Below, in pieces: positions 10,435 to 19,363 of a DNA stretch of 64,000 bases. Both the position numbers and the translations under genes were made by a program. The DNA is from Candidatus Bathyarchaeia archaeon (GTDB taxonomy: Archaea > Thermoproteota > CALKCG01 > B24), in the NCBI GenBank assembly GCA_038870975.1, contig JAVZJD010000002.1, positions 640,001 through 704,000 of the forward strand, in the 5' to 3' direction. The notes under the pieces were generated by a model that did not search any database, was not told the DNA's origin, and worked only from the letters and a program-made list of their open reading frames with translations. Each line of letters starts with the position of its first letter. Positions within the stretch are counted from its first letter, which is position 1.

Positions 10435-11578
10435 GAATAAATATTCTTTAGCGAAAATATATAAGTTTAACCGTATCAGCTTGAGAAAAATCAACGCATT
10501 TTTTAAACAAAAAGCTATCAAAAACTAGAGGCGCCTCAAATAAAATTCCAATCTACCTAAATACTTTCAACCTACTGACTAACCCATGTGTTCCTTTAAA
10601 CTCGAGCCGCCGAATTCCAAGGTGAAGCCAAGCCTTTTCTAGGCAGGGATTTAGACGTATCCGTTGAAGTCGAAGGGGGCTCAAAGAAAACGCCGATCAT
10701 GTTTAATTTTGCTGTTGCATCTATAGAGAGGATTGAAGGAGAAATGGTTATCATCGGCTAAAAGAAGTATATGATAGTATAGTGGTTGTTCAGTTTGATA
10801 GATTAACACACCGCCGATCCTTCAGATTTCCAGTGTGCTTCTTCTTTTTACAGAAAGTTGAAGCAGATGGAGCTTTTCCAACAGAATCCTCCAATATCTA
10901 CTTATTTTATATTATTATATTATGCAAGGGGGGTGTTTCGCCCTCGCATCAAGTCCATTCAAAACACGATGGTCTATATGAATATAGAAAAAGCACCACT
11001 CCAAACGAAGGCCGATGAATTTCATTGTAAAAACGGAACCTTAATGTCCATAGTAAATTTTAAAGGCTTCTGTGGGCTGGGCTGTTTTATTTATTCATCC
11101 CCAACCTCTTATACACTATATATGGTTTTGTGAATAGCGGGATATGGAAAGACGACTAATATAAGCCCCATATAATATATTATATTTCTATGGTAGTGTC
11201 CGTCCGTCCGCTTTTCACGGAAAAATTTCCATAACATCAGATGGATAGTCGTCATGAACACAATAGTCATGTTCATGTTTTTTTCTTTCATTTTTGATGG
11301 AAAATACAGCTATTTTTTAAATAATGACTTTCCTTAAGTAAAAATATTTAATTATATATTTTACAGAAAATAAGTATAAAGGAGGTGAAATTTAAGTTAA
11401 TTCGTCATAGGGCTAGTTGCCGGCTAGCCTTCAGAAACTCAGAAATAAAGGAGGGCACCCACCATGAAAGAGTATATCCCTTTTATTATATAAATTTTTG
11501 GGATATACTCCATGTAAGCGGAAGATTCTCTAATTAAATTCATTTAAAAACAGTAGTGGTTTAGGTGTTAATTTACCA

Positions 11579-11767
11579 GTGTTGTTAAGGGCTTATCTTC
11601 ACCTAGAGAGCTTAGACTCTGAAACTATTTTTGAAAATGATAGGCTTTATCATAGGTATTATATGAAATTAAGGCGTTTTATAGCCTCTTTAGAGAAAAA
11701 AGGCTTAGTTGAGGTTTCTAAAATCGACGGTCTTTTATGGGTTAAGCCTAAGGTTGACTTGAGGTAA
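11579..11767 (+). pseudogene. Probable truncated wHTH-like mobile-element protein
   Basis: YMKLRRFIASLEKKGLVEV..DGLLWVKP looks like a wHTH wing; ORF ends abruptly at 62 aa. Confidence 0.3.
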
Positions 11768-11825
11768 TGTGATTGGAGTAGGTCAAGGTCAGAGGAAACT
11801 CTGTGAAGGAGGATTATGCTGAAGT

Positions 11826-11960
11826 TCAGTTTTTAGCTCTTCTACGCTTCTCACCTTTAACTTCATTGAGTAGCTTGAGGAACTCTCTAACCCAGTACGG
11901 TAGCTTCTCTAAGACCTCTGGGCTATAATCCTCTAAGCTCTTAGCCTTAGACCTCCTCAA
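11826..11960 (-). CDS. Small hypothetical protein (44 aa, not in ORF track)
   Basis: TTG start overlapping the upstream gene end; LRRSKAKSLEDYSPEVLEKLPYWVREFLKLLNEVKGEKRRRAKN. Confidence 0.35.
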   Translation of the reverse strand: MRRSKAKSLEDYSPEVLEKLPYWVREFLKLLNEVKGEKRRRAKN

Positions 11961-12387
11961 GCTTTAAGCTCACACTCCCACCCATCACATCAGGAACCCT
12001 GTACAACGCCACATACACGTTATGTCTCGGGATGTAGACGACCTCCAAGGTCTCTATCCTGGCGTTCTTCAAGCGGTAGCTGAGTTTTCGTATAGTTTCA
12101 CAGCTCTCCTTAGCATATTCTATGCGGTAGAGTATACGTTTTCGTTGAAGTCTGGTTGGCTTTGGAATAGCTGGACTATAAGTCCTAAGTGCTTCAGGGT
12201 TTAGAGTTACAGCCATGTTAAACATTAAAACTGAAGTATAACAATAGTAGAAAATCATCCTATATCTCTGTAGTAGAGCCTCGCTTACTGTCTTCTCGAC
12301 TTTAGGAGTAAAACCTGCTGGATACCGTTCTATTCTATATTGTCGTGGGGTTTCTATGTAGCTGAGCGTAGTCAGCTTCTTATACAT
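11947..12387 (-). CDS. Hypothetical protein (accessory region)
   Basis: 146-aa ATG-started ORF, no motif recognised. Confidence 0.45.
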   Translation of the reverse strand: MYKKLTTLSYIETPRQYRIERYPAGFTPKVEKTVSEALLQRYRMIFYYCYTSVLMFNMAVTLNPEALRTYSPAIPKPTRLQRKRILYRIEYAKESCETIRKLSYRLKNARIETLEVVYIPRHNVYVALYRVPDVMGGSVSLKLEEV

Positions 12388-13024
12388 TCCTATAGCTCAT
12401 ATTTGAAACCCTCCGTGGGATCCCTCATTTAGTCTAAGTTACTTCGGGATCTGGGATTGCCCATAGGCTACCCCCACTCTAATATAGATAGATGTAACCA
12501 CTTGCTTATAACGATATTGAACATTAGATTTATAAAAAAGACCCCATCCCTCAGTTAAATGTTACAGGATTCAGTAATTTTCCCTCACAACTACTGGTTA
12601 AATTAAACTAAAAACAGTAGAATAGAAGTTGGAAATTAACATAAAAGAGTAAAATAGAGAAGATTTAATGAAGTATTTTTCAAAGATTTTACAACATACC
12701 ATACACTTACCCACGTATCTTCTCAGCCTTAAAGTTAAAAAGGGGCTACTTCCAAACATTGGCAGGATTTAAACCCGATTGCAACCACGGCTAAAAGATA
12801 TCGTGTTATATTTCGAATAACATATATCATAATCCTTTCGCCTACCCCTTTTTAGAAGTATTCTATTAATTTTCAGATTTAGCGTACGAACTTAGGCTAG
12901 CTTAATTCTAGTTTATTTAATTTGATGAACTTAAGAATTTAAAAGGGGCTGAGGCTTCCATTGTTTTTACGTGGTTTCTGTTGAAACCATAATCGTTGAG
13001 TACTTTTCTCTAGTATTTTTCGAA

Positions 13025-14212
13025 TTACTTTGAAAGCTCTTTAAGCTTCTTAGCCAGTAGTGTTTTGAACTCTGGATCTTTCATTAGCATATCCATTATA
13101 TTGTCGGTCATACGTCTAATTTCTTCAAGCTCTAAGGCTACTCTAACGTCTAAGGCAAGCCCACATTTGATGCAGAATCTGGCGTCAAACTGGTTTGGCG
13201 TCTGACACCTAGGGCATAGTTTAGGCTTTAGCTTAGGCTCCGCCTCCTCGCACTTCTTAAGACCGTATATGCCTAGGACCGCATCATCTAAGTCCCTACC
13301 GGATAAATGGACGTATATGCTCGGCATTTCAGACCCTTGCTTCCATCCGAAGATTTGGTTCATCTGAGCCTCCGTGAGCTTACTGGCTAGAAAAGTAGCC
13401 CTGCTATGGCGTAGCTTGTGGGGGTGAATCTTCTTCCTAAGCCCAGCTCTCTCAGCGGCTACTTTAAGTACTTTAGCTAACGCTGGGTAGCTCATGGCTT
13501 TGCATCGGTTCACAGTTCCCATATTGACCCATAACGGTGCGTCTGACTTATTCTTCAGAGGGTGATTTTGAATCCAGTACATTAGATACGGTGTAGCTGC
13601 TACCACTATTACACGTCTAGCACCAGTCTTACCCTTAAGCGTTAGAGCCGCATAGCCTTCTTCAAACTTAACGTCTCTTATAAGCATAGAGCCCAGTTCA
13701 CCTATTCTAGCACCACTCTCGTAGAGTGTCATTATGAAAGCCTTATCCCTAGGGTTATCACACGCTTCGACGAGCTTCATAACCTCCTCCTCAGTCAAAA
13801 GATCCTCAGGAAGCAATTCATCCCTAGCCTTAAGCGTAGTCTTTATCCACTTAACCTCAGGTGGATACTCCTGATTGCCGCCTTTAAACCACTTGTAGAA
13901 CCTCTTTAAAGCAACCTTGTAGTCGTGCTTAGTCCAGGGGGAGTAATCGCTACGCTCTATGCGGTATACCAGACCCTTTATATCCTCCGCAGTAGCTTCT
14001 TCAAAGGGCTTACCCAACATATCGGATATACGCCTCAATATATCCAAGTACTTTGAAACTCTAATGGGCGTGATGCCTTCAGACAGCAGTTGCCTTTCAA
14101 ACTCAACTAGAAGCCTCTTATCACGCTTATCCATAGGGTTGTGAAGCCTAGATTCAGCCATCCTAAGCCTACCATCAGCATCGTGGATGTCTATCCTACG
14201 CTTCAAAACCAT
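13025..14212 (-). CDS. Tyrosine recombinase/integrase with C-terminal Zn ribbon (SNJ2-like architecture), intact
   Basis: YESGARIGEL (R), KGKTG (K), HKLRHSRAT (HxxR), FGW (W), SIYVH (Y); CPRC..CIKC; starts 46 bp downstream of the tRNA-Thr 3' end. Confidence 0.93.
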   Translation of the reverse strand: MVLKRRIDIHDADGRLRMAESRLHNPMDKRDKRLLVEFERQLLSEGITPIRVSKYLDILRRISDMLGKPFEEATAEDIKGLVYRIERSDYSPWTKHDYKVALKRFYKWFKGGNQEYPPEVKWIKTTLKARDELLPEDLLTEEEVMKLVEACDNPRDKAFIMTLYESGARIGELGSMLIRDVKFEEGYAALTLKGKTGARRVIVVAATPYLMYWIQNHPLKNKSDAPLWVNMGTVNRCKAMSYPALAKVLKVAAERAGLRKKIHPHKLRHSRATFLASKLTEAQMNQIFGWKQGSEMPSIYVHLSGRDLDDAVLGIYGLKKCEEAEPKLKPKLCPRCQTPNQFDARFCIKCGLALDVRVALELEEIRRMTDNIMDMLMKDPEFKTLLAKKLKELSK

Positions 14213-14247
14213 CTAAACAATATTCAACCAAAAAGGTGTATTTATAC

Positions 14248-14523
14248 TTATGGTATAAAGCCCCCGGCGGGATTTGAACCCGCGACCGTCAGCTTACAAG
14301 GCTGACGCCCTAACCGGTCTGGGCTACGGGGGCCTATATTTCTTTGAAACAGGCTTAAATTTAGAGTTTTCTCCTTTCTATCAGTACTAGTACCGGTACT
14401 AGTACTGATAATTAGTTCTTCAATAAGAGAGGGGATTGAAAGATTCCTATTTGACGCCTCCTCTTTTAAACGGTTATAGAGCGCCGTAGATATAGTTATA
14501 CATGTAAAACCTGGCTTAGGCAT
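14248..14523 (-). CDS. N-terminal fragment of split SSV1-type integrase, int(N)
   Basis: MPKPGFTCITISTALYNRLKEEASNRNLSIPSLIEELI (RHH-like) reads through the att repeat and tRNA; joins 21882-22711 in frame if the repeats recombine. Confidence 0.85.
   Translation of the reverse strand: MPKPGFTCITISTALYNRLKEEASNRNLSIPSLIEELIISTSTGTSTDRKEKTLNLSLFQRNIGPRSPDRLGRQPCKLTVAGSNPAGGFIP
14259..14333 (-). tRNA. tRNA-Thr(UGU), no encoded CCA
   Basis: Minus strand GCCCCCGTAGCCCAGACCGGTTAGGGCGTCAGCCTTGTAAGCTGACGGTCGCGGGTTCAAATCCCGCCGGGGGCT; stem TCAGC/GCTGA, loop CT-TGT-AA. Confidence 0.93.
14292..14384. repeat. 93-bp direct repeat, att site copy 1 (tRNA 5' half + 51 bp upstream)
   Basis: Identical to 22712-22804. 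Confidence 0.97.
14350..14372 (-). promoter_or_regulatory. Putative BRE/TATA promoter of tRNA-Thr (duplicated at 22770-22792)
   Basis: GAAAACTCTAAATTTAAG about 21-38 nt upstream of the mature tRNA 5' end. Confidence 0.55.
14379..14410. repeat. Perfect 32-bp palindrome at the inner edge of the att site
   Basis: TATCAGTACTAGTACCGGTACTAGTACTGATA equals its own reverse complement. Confidence 0.95.
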
Positions 14524-14587
14524 ATGTTTGAGAAAATCCTGAAAAAAAATAAAGGAATTTTTATCGAAAAAATGCAAGGACGGGCTG

Positions 14588-14932
14588 TTAGAATTTTCCA
14601 GACTGCGTGAGTTTTAACAGCTTCTGGTAAACCTCTCTGCCGTCTCTTTCAACAACTGTTTTTAAGAAGCTCTTTCTACTCTTAGGATTTAATGAAGTGA
14701 AGAGGTTTTTAAGCATTAAAGCCTTAATCTCCTCATTCTTCCAGTCTAACACTTTCCTGCTTAGAAGAACCGTATTCTCCAGCTTCATCATTATAAGTTC
14801 AAAACCCCCTTCTGTAGGAACATCATCAAATAGTTCGACTTCAACATTATTTAGATTTAAACCGTATTTTTCATTGAGATATGAAATCCAACCGTTAAAC
14901 CAAACCTCGAGAATTGGAAGCCTCTCGCTCAT
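14588..14932 (-). CDS. Hypothetical protein (element)
   Basis: 114-aa ORF, GGAGGTG RBS upstream. Confidence 0.6.
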   Translation of the reverse strand: MSERLPILEVWFNGWISYLNEKYGLNLNNVEVELFDDVPTEGGFELIMMKLENTVLLSRKVLDWKNEEIKALMLKNLFTSLNPKSRKSFLKTVVERDGREVYQKLLKLTQSGKF

Positions 14933-14938
14933 ACCTTT

Positions 14939-15274
14939 TCACCTCCATTCTTCGACGCATAATAGCTCTTTTATTTTCTTCTTTTCTTCAGCTATTTTTA
15001 AATGCTTGCAGCTTCCCCTGTATCGGAAGCCTGGGCATGTGCATGTTTTAGCCTTCAGATCGACATAATAATAAATGCCGGGTTTACTGAAGCTTTCAAC
15101 CGTCAGGATCCCGCTTTCATTCTTCACCTGGTCCACCTCCGCTTGTTGCTGAAGATCGGCTTGTTTAGGCTGTGGCGGCTTACCCGCCGGCTCGCGAATA
15201 TCCCACGGTTCAAACCTGCACCACCTGAAGAAAGTGTTGCAGAAGGTTTTATTTAAGCCTTTAGATGAAGACAA
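14939..15274 (-). CDS. SWIM zinc-finger protein
   Basis: YYVDL..KTCTCPGFRYRGSCKHL (CxC...CxH); start uncertain. Confidence 0.75.
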   Translation of the reverse strand: MSSSKGLNKTFCNTFFRWCRFEPWDIREPAGKPPQPKQADLQQQAEVDQVKNESGILTVESFSKPGIYYYVDLKAKTCTCPGFRYRGSCKHLKIAEEKKKIKELLCVEEWR

Positions 15275-15372
15275 AATTAATGGAAAAATATGGATTTTTA
15301 AAAAGACCCCTTTCTTCCCTTCTGCTTCAGATGAAGCAAAAGATTTAAAAGCTTGAAGCTCATCAATTCATT

Positions 15373-15540
15373 ATGATGAAGCCAGCCAGCCGATTGAAGA
15401 GAACCTCAATCTTTATAGTTGATGAAAAGCTGTGGGCTTGGGCGCACTATAGAGCGCGAGCTCTAGGCTTCAAAAGCGTAGCCGACTACATTTTTGAATT
15501 AATCCGACGAGATAAGGTCGAGGCGGAGAAAAAAGCCTAA
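15373..15540 (+). CDS. Ribbon-helix-helix regulator (55 aa, not in ORF track)
   Basis: MMKPASRLKRTSIFIVDEKLWAWAHYRARALGFKSVADYIFELIRRDKVEAEKKA; the only plus-strand gene called in the element. Confidence 0.7.
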   Translation: MMKPASRLKRTSIFIVDEKLWAWAHYRARALGFKSVADYIFELIRRDKVEAEKKA

Positions 15541-15683
15541 CTCTTCAACTCCATAAAACTCCATTAAAATTCATAATCTTCGAATTTTATGGTCGTTTTT
15601 ATGGTTGTTTTTTATGGTTGTTTAGACCCCCCCCTCCTAGTCGAGGAAATTAACGGATAGAAGCGGGGGAAAGCCTAAACCCT

Positions 15684-16124
15684 TCAAAGTTTCCATCCGA
15701 GTTTCAACAGTCCGCGCTCTAAGGCGTCTTTTATTGATTCTGGTAGGACTCTACGGATTAACTCGTTTATTTTTAAGCCAGACTTTGTCCCTGGATGTCT
15801 GACATACCTTGCGAATATTACCTCGCCGCCGATTTCAAACCTCAGGGCTCTGGCTCTACGCGGACGAATAATGTGTGGTCTCGAGCCGAACAGAAGCCAG
15901 CCTGGAGCCTCGAAGAAGACTCGAGACAGTCTATCGGATTCGTGGACAATCCTCACCTTCCCCTCCAGCCATCTGGTTTTTTCAAGCTCAGCAGCAATAT
16001 TATTGGCGACACTATGCGTAATTTCGGACCTTATAGATTTAATAACATCTTCTCTCAAGAATTTCACAAGATCAGGTAGATCTCTCAAATTTTTACCCTT
16101 CACACGAACCTCTACCTTAAACAT
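15684..16124 (-). CDS. HK97-gp10-like virion morphogenesis (tail completion/neck) protein
   Basis: FGSRPHIIRPRRARALRFEIGGEVIFARYVRHPGTK resembles the G(T/S)xPHxIxP..A.ALRF....F...VxHPGT signature of phage gp10-like proteins. Confidence 0.6.
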   Translation of the reverse strand: MFKVEVRVKGKNLRDLPDLVKFLREDVIKSIRSEITHSVANNIAAELEKTRWLEGKVRIVHESDRLSRVFFEAPGWLLFGSRPHIIRPRRARALRFEIGGEVIFARYVRHPGTKSGLKINELIRRVLPESIKDALERGLLKLGWKL

Positions 16125-16145
16125 GATATTTCTTCTTCACCTCCA

Positions 16146-16886
16146 TTAATTATAAATTGAAGCGGTTTTCTTTAAAGATTCTTTTTCATTTAACCGTAAT
16201 AAGTCGCCGCCTAGATTTCTTAGAAGCGTGGTTATCGGATTTAACTGTTTAATCGGTATTTTAAAGGCCTCACCGTATTTCAGCTTTTCAACCGTCATCT
16301 TCTCAACATCCTCTCTCTTAAGATAGCCCGATATCCAGGCATGTGTAAGCTTCTCGTTAAACCGTAGGAAGACATAAATATCTGCGTGATGCTGTTTAAA
16401 CCGTTCAACATTAACATAATAACATTCAGGGCTATTCTTTGATGATGAAGCCTTAACATCAATTTTAAGACTTCCAACTATAAAGTCGGCTTCACTTGAT
16501 TTTCCCTTCTTCAACTCGAAATCTTGAATTATTGGATGGTTCCAGACATGTTGGATTTTAAACTGATTAAGCGTCATATCGAAGACCTTTTCAGCAAGCC
16601 AGCCTAAGAGAAGATTTTCTTCTTCATTTTCTCTCCAATGTTCAGTTGATGGATATTTTCTAAATCTGGGTAGCAACTCCTTTAGAATGGCTTTAGCCTC
16701 TTTAAGTGTGGATTCTTCTATTTTATACTCAAGCTCACGCTTAATCATTTTCACAGCTATAAGCGGGTATCCTTTTAAACTGGGGTCATCAAAGTTGCCA
16801 CCAATTTCAAAATCCGTATATGTTAAAGGTTTTCTATCTTTTTTAAGGAAAGTCCGCAAACTTTGTTTTTCATCCCTTACAGCCAT
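16146..16886 (-). CDS. PD-(D/E)XK restriction-endonuclease-like nuclease
   Basis: GWLAEKVF (E helix) ... ADFIV ... IDVKAS, ADIYVF. Confidence 0.65.
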   Translation of the reverse strand: MAVRDEKQSLRTFLKKDRKPLTYTDFEIGGNFDDPSLKGYPLIAVKMIKRELEYKIEESTLKEAKAILKELLPRFRKYPSTEHWRENEEENLLLGWLAEKVFDMTLNQFKIQHVWNHPIIQDFELKKGKSSEADFIVGSLKIDVKASSSKNSPECYYVNVERFKQHHADIYVFLRFNEKLTHAWISGYLKREDVEKMTVEKLKYGEAFKIPIKQLNPITTLLRNLGGDLLRLNEKESLKKTASIYN

Positions 16887-19360
16887 TTTAATCGCCCACC
16901 TGGAAGCTTTACGATGAAAGCTTTTCTAAGCAGGCTGTTGAAAACTTCCAACGCCTTCTCTTCTCCCAAAATCTTTTTTAATTCATTAATGAAAAGAGGT
17001 TCCTCAGCGTAATCCTCCCCCGGAATCTTACAATTTTCAAATATACTCCTAATGTTTGAAATAATTGAATCAGTAGGGGGGTTTGGAGTTACTTTAGTTA
17101 CTGAAGTTACTTTAGTTAATAAGCCCCCCCGATTTAAAAAATCAATAGGCACATAAGCATATGAATAATTCCCCGTCCCTTTTTTAACGACGAAACCGAG
17201 GCTCGTTCTAATGTAGTTTGATATTCTTCGCGTCAAGCCTTTGACTTCTCCTTCGGTCATATCACCGTTTTTAAGACGCTCGGCGATATCCTTAATTCTT
17301 ATTGGAATTAAGTCCCTTTTTGATTTTTGTTGAGCCTCACTAACTTGAGTAACTAAAGTAACTTGAGTAACTTTTTCACTAGGGGCGAGGACTTTCACCC
17401 CTCCGCTTTCAGCGGCTATTTCCCTCATTGCCTTTGGCACCTCTTCCTCCAACCATGCATCTGGGTCTAGGCTTCTGACTTCCTCGGTTTTTAACTCGGC
17501 CAGTGATAATAGCGACTTTTTAAGCTCGGGGCTTTCAAAGACAAGCGTAAGCGGTAGAATCACTTGTCCTATTCGGGGCTCAACTTTTCCGTTGAAAGTC
17601 TCGCTAAACAATCCCTCTTTTTCCAGCTGCTTCGAAACCTCAACAATCCTCCTGTAGTTTCTGAAACGCCATAGAAGTAGCTTGTTTCTCAACCTCAACG
17701 CCTCCGCCTTGAATTGTTCACCTCTATAGAGCGGTGCCCTTCCGCTGCCCTTTCTCGATATGAAACTTATGCATCTTGATTCTAGGGCGATGTCCTTAAA
17801 CTCGCGGCGCGTGCAGAGAAGCTTAGGACCAAAGACATGGAAAGCCTCTACAAGCCTCGCGTTGTTCTCGTTGCAGCAACGATACCAGCCCTGCGATTTA
17901 GAAAACCCTATGTTAAGGATTTTAATGATCGCGGAGTATAAACTCGAGTCTGTGAAATCCGCCTCATCAATCAGTGCCGTTCCCCGCCATAAATCGAAGG
18001 TCCGCCTTATACTGGCTTCGGAGTCGCAACCCGCTAGAATCACCGGTCTATAGCATATGGAGCCGACCGTTTCAAGCCATGCTGTTTTACCACTACCCCA
18101 CCGTCCCTTAGCCCTCCGGTATGGAATCTGCGGCAGTGTATCGTATATCCATGTGAGAAACACATACACCGCGTCTAAAATTCTTTCAAAGCTATCAGGT
18201 TGCTCGTGCCATTTATTTAGAAAATCCATGACTTCGTTGAACAGCTTTTCGTCACTTTCATATTCCTCTGCCGTACTTGGAAGCATCACCTGCCCCGTTT
18301 CAACATCTTTATTCATTATTGGTTTATAGATGACATCTCCATCCTGAACCTCCTCAACTTCGCTTATGAATCCCCCTCCTAGATCGTAAACAGCAAATAA
18401 TGCTTTTCCATTTCGAAAAACCTCCTCAAGAATTTTCCCGTCGCTTAAAACAGCCGCGGGCGTGTAAACCACCTGTTTCCTCCTCACTTCGAATTTTCCG
18501 CTGAGTTTGCAAAGCTTCTCAAGGCTCTCATTGCAAATTCCTAATTCTTTCATTCCGCTACAACCATACTCATAACCATGTTTTCTAACGGATTCAAGAC
18601 ATGCTTTTACCTCTTTATCCTCTAGCGGAGGTTTATTCCGAGTATTCCATTCCTCCAACCTATTTAAAACCTCAAGTGGAGGAAGACTTCTAAAGTAGAG
18701 CCAATATGAGGCAAGTCTAACGGCAGCTTCATTACGCATACCCTCCTCAACACCATCCGCCAGTCTTCTAATGCAGGGGGGATCTTCAGAGTTTCCATGT
18801 TTAAACACACCCATTTCTCCGGCTCTAGTCCATACGACGGATTCCAGGTCGTCTACAACAGGTATTGACTGTAGTTTCCATGGGTTGTTGATAAACTCAT
18901 ATTTTACACCGGATGGATGAATGGATGGAGGGGCAACGACATAACTCCCCTCCGATTTAACATCCAGGTGGATCCCTGGTATTTTGAACGACTTCACCGG
19001 CTTGGATGTTCTGAAGTAAACATGTACACCCCTGGCGGTTTTCACAACAATGGTTGAATTCTTTATCTTTTCAAAGTTGAAAAACTTTTCGAAATATTGA
19101 AAGTCGTCGAAGTCGATTACAACCAGGTTTCCAGATATAGAGCCACAGACGACGCCTAAATTTATTCTCCCAGAGCCTAGCCATCTTTCAACTTCTTCAT
19201 CTGTTGCACACCTCTTCTGAAATTCGAGCCATTGAATTATCGGCTCTTTCGATCCATATCGTAGCGGTATAATACTGAATCCTAATCTTCTGTAAAGCTC
19301 TACATACTTTCTTAGTTCTTCTTTTCCTATATTCTCTAAATTTTCAACATTCAACGACAT
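16877..19360 (-). CDS. Replication protein: bifunctional primase-polymerase + PriCT + P-loop NTPase/helicase-like + wHTH
   Basis: GFSIIPL..SKEP, NLGVVCG..LVVIDFDD, KTARGVHVYF, YVVAPPSIHPSG; EGMRNEAAVRLA..WN.RNKPPL (PriCT); GRWGSGKT, LIDEAD. Confidence 0.9.
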   Translation of the reverse strand: MSLNVENLENIGKEELRKYVELYRRLGFSIIPLRYGSKEPIIQWLEFQKRCATDEEVERWLGSGRINLGVVCGSISGNLVVIDFDDFQYFEKFFNFEKIKNSTIVVKTARGVHVYFRTSKPVKSFKIPGIHLDVKSEGSYVVAPPSIHPSGVKYEFINNPWKLQSIPVVDDLESVVWTRAGEMGVFKHGNSEDPPCIRRLADGVEEGMRNEAAVRLASYWLYFRSLPPLEVLNRLEEWNTRNKPPLEDKEVKACLESVRKHGYEYGCSGMKELGICNESLEKLCKLSGKFEVRRKQVVYTPAAVLSDGKILEEVFRNGKALFAVYDLGGGFISEVEEVQDGDVIYKPIMNKDVETGQVMLPSTAEEYESDEKLFNEVMDFLNKWHEQPDSFERILDAVYVFLTWIYDTLPQIPYRRAKGRWGSGKTAWLETVGSICYRPVILAGCDSEASIRRTFDLWRGTALIDEADFTDSSLYSAIIKILNIGFSKSQGWYRCCNENNARLVEAFHVFGPKLLCTRREFKDIALESRCISFISRKGSGRAPLYRGEQFKAEALRLRNKLLLWRFRNYRRIVEVSKQLEKEGLFSETFNGKVEPRIGQVILPLTLVFESPELKKSLLSLAELKTEEVRSLDPDAWLEEEVPKAMREIAAESGGVKVLAPSEKVTQVTLVTQVSEAQQKSKRDLIPIRIKDIAERLKNGDMTEGEVKGLTRRISNYIRTSLGFVVKKGTGNYSYAYVPIDFLNRGGLLTKVTSVTKVTPNPPTDSIISNIRSIFENCKIPGEDYAEEPLFINELKKILGEEKALEVFNSLLRKAFIVKLPGGRLKWL
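17087..17372. repeat. Two inverted arrays of 9-bp-period iteron-like repeats (putative origin) inside rep
   Basis: AGTTACT at 17087, 17096, 17105 (+AGTTAAT 17114); AGTAACT at 17348, 17357, 17366 (+ACTAACT 17339). Confidence 0.7.
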
Positions 19361-19363
19361 TTT

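Noticed and set aside
10620-10660. Possible IS200/IS605-type end hairpin or second degenerate att
   Set aside because: Stem is weak, no associated transposase, and similarity to the tRNA is too short to support.
10782-11291. Short ORFs 10782-11018, 10858-11133 and 11109-11291
   Set aside because: Mutually overlapping, AT-rich, no motifs; probably spurious.
14259-14333. Reading the tRNA as Tyr (GTA appears in the loop) or as a suppressor/Pyl tRNA
   Set aside because: The 5-bp stem TCAGC/GCTGA fixes the 7-nt loop as CT-TGT-AA, i.e. Thr(UGU); the true tRNA-Tyr is at 36976-37097.
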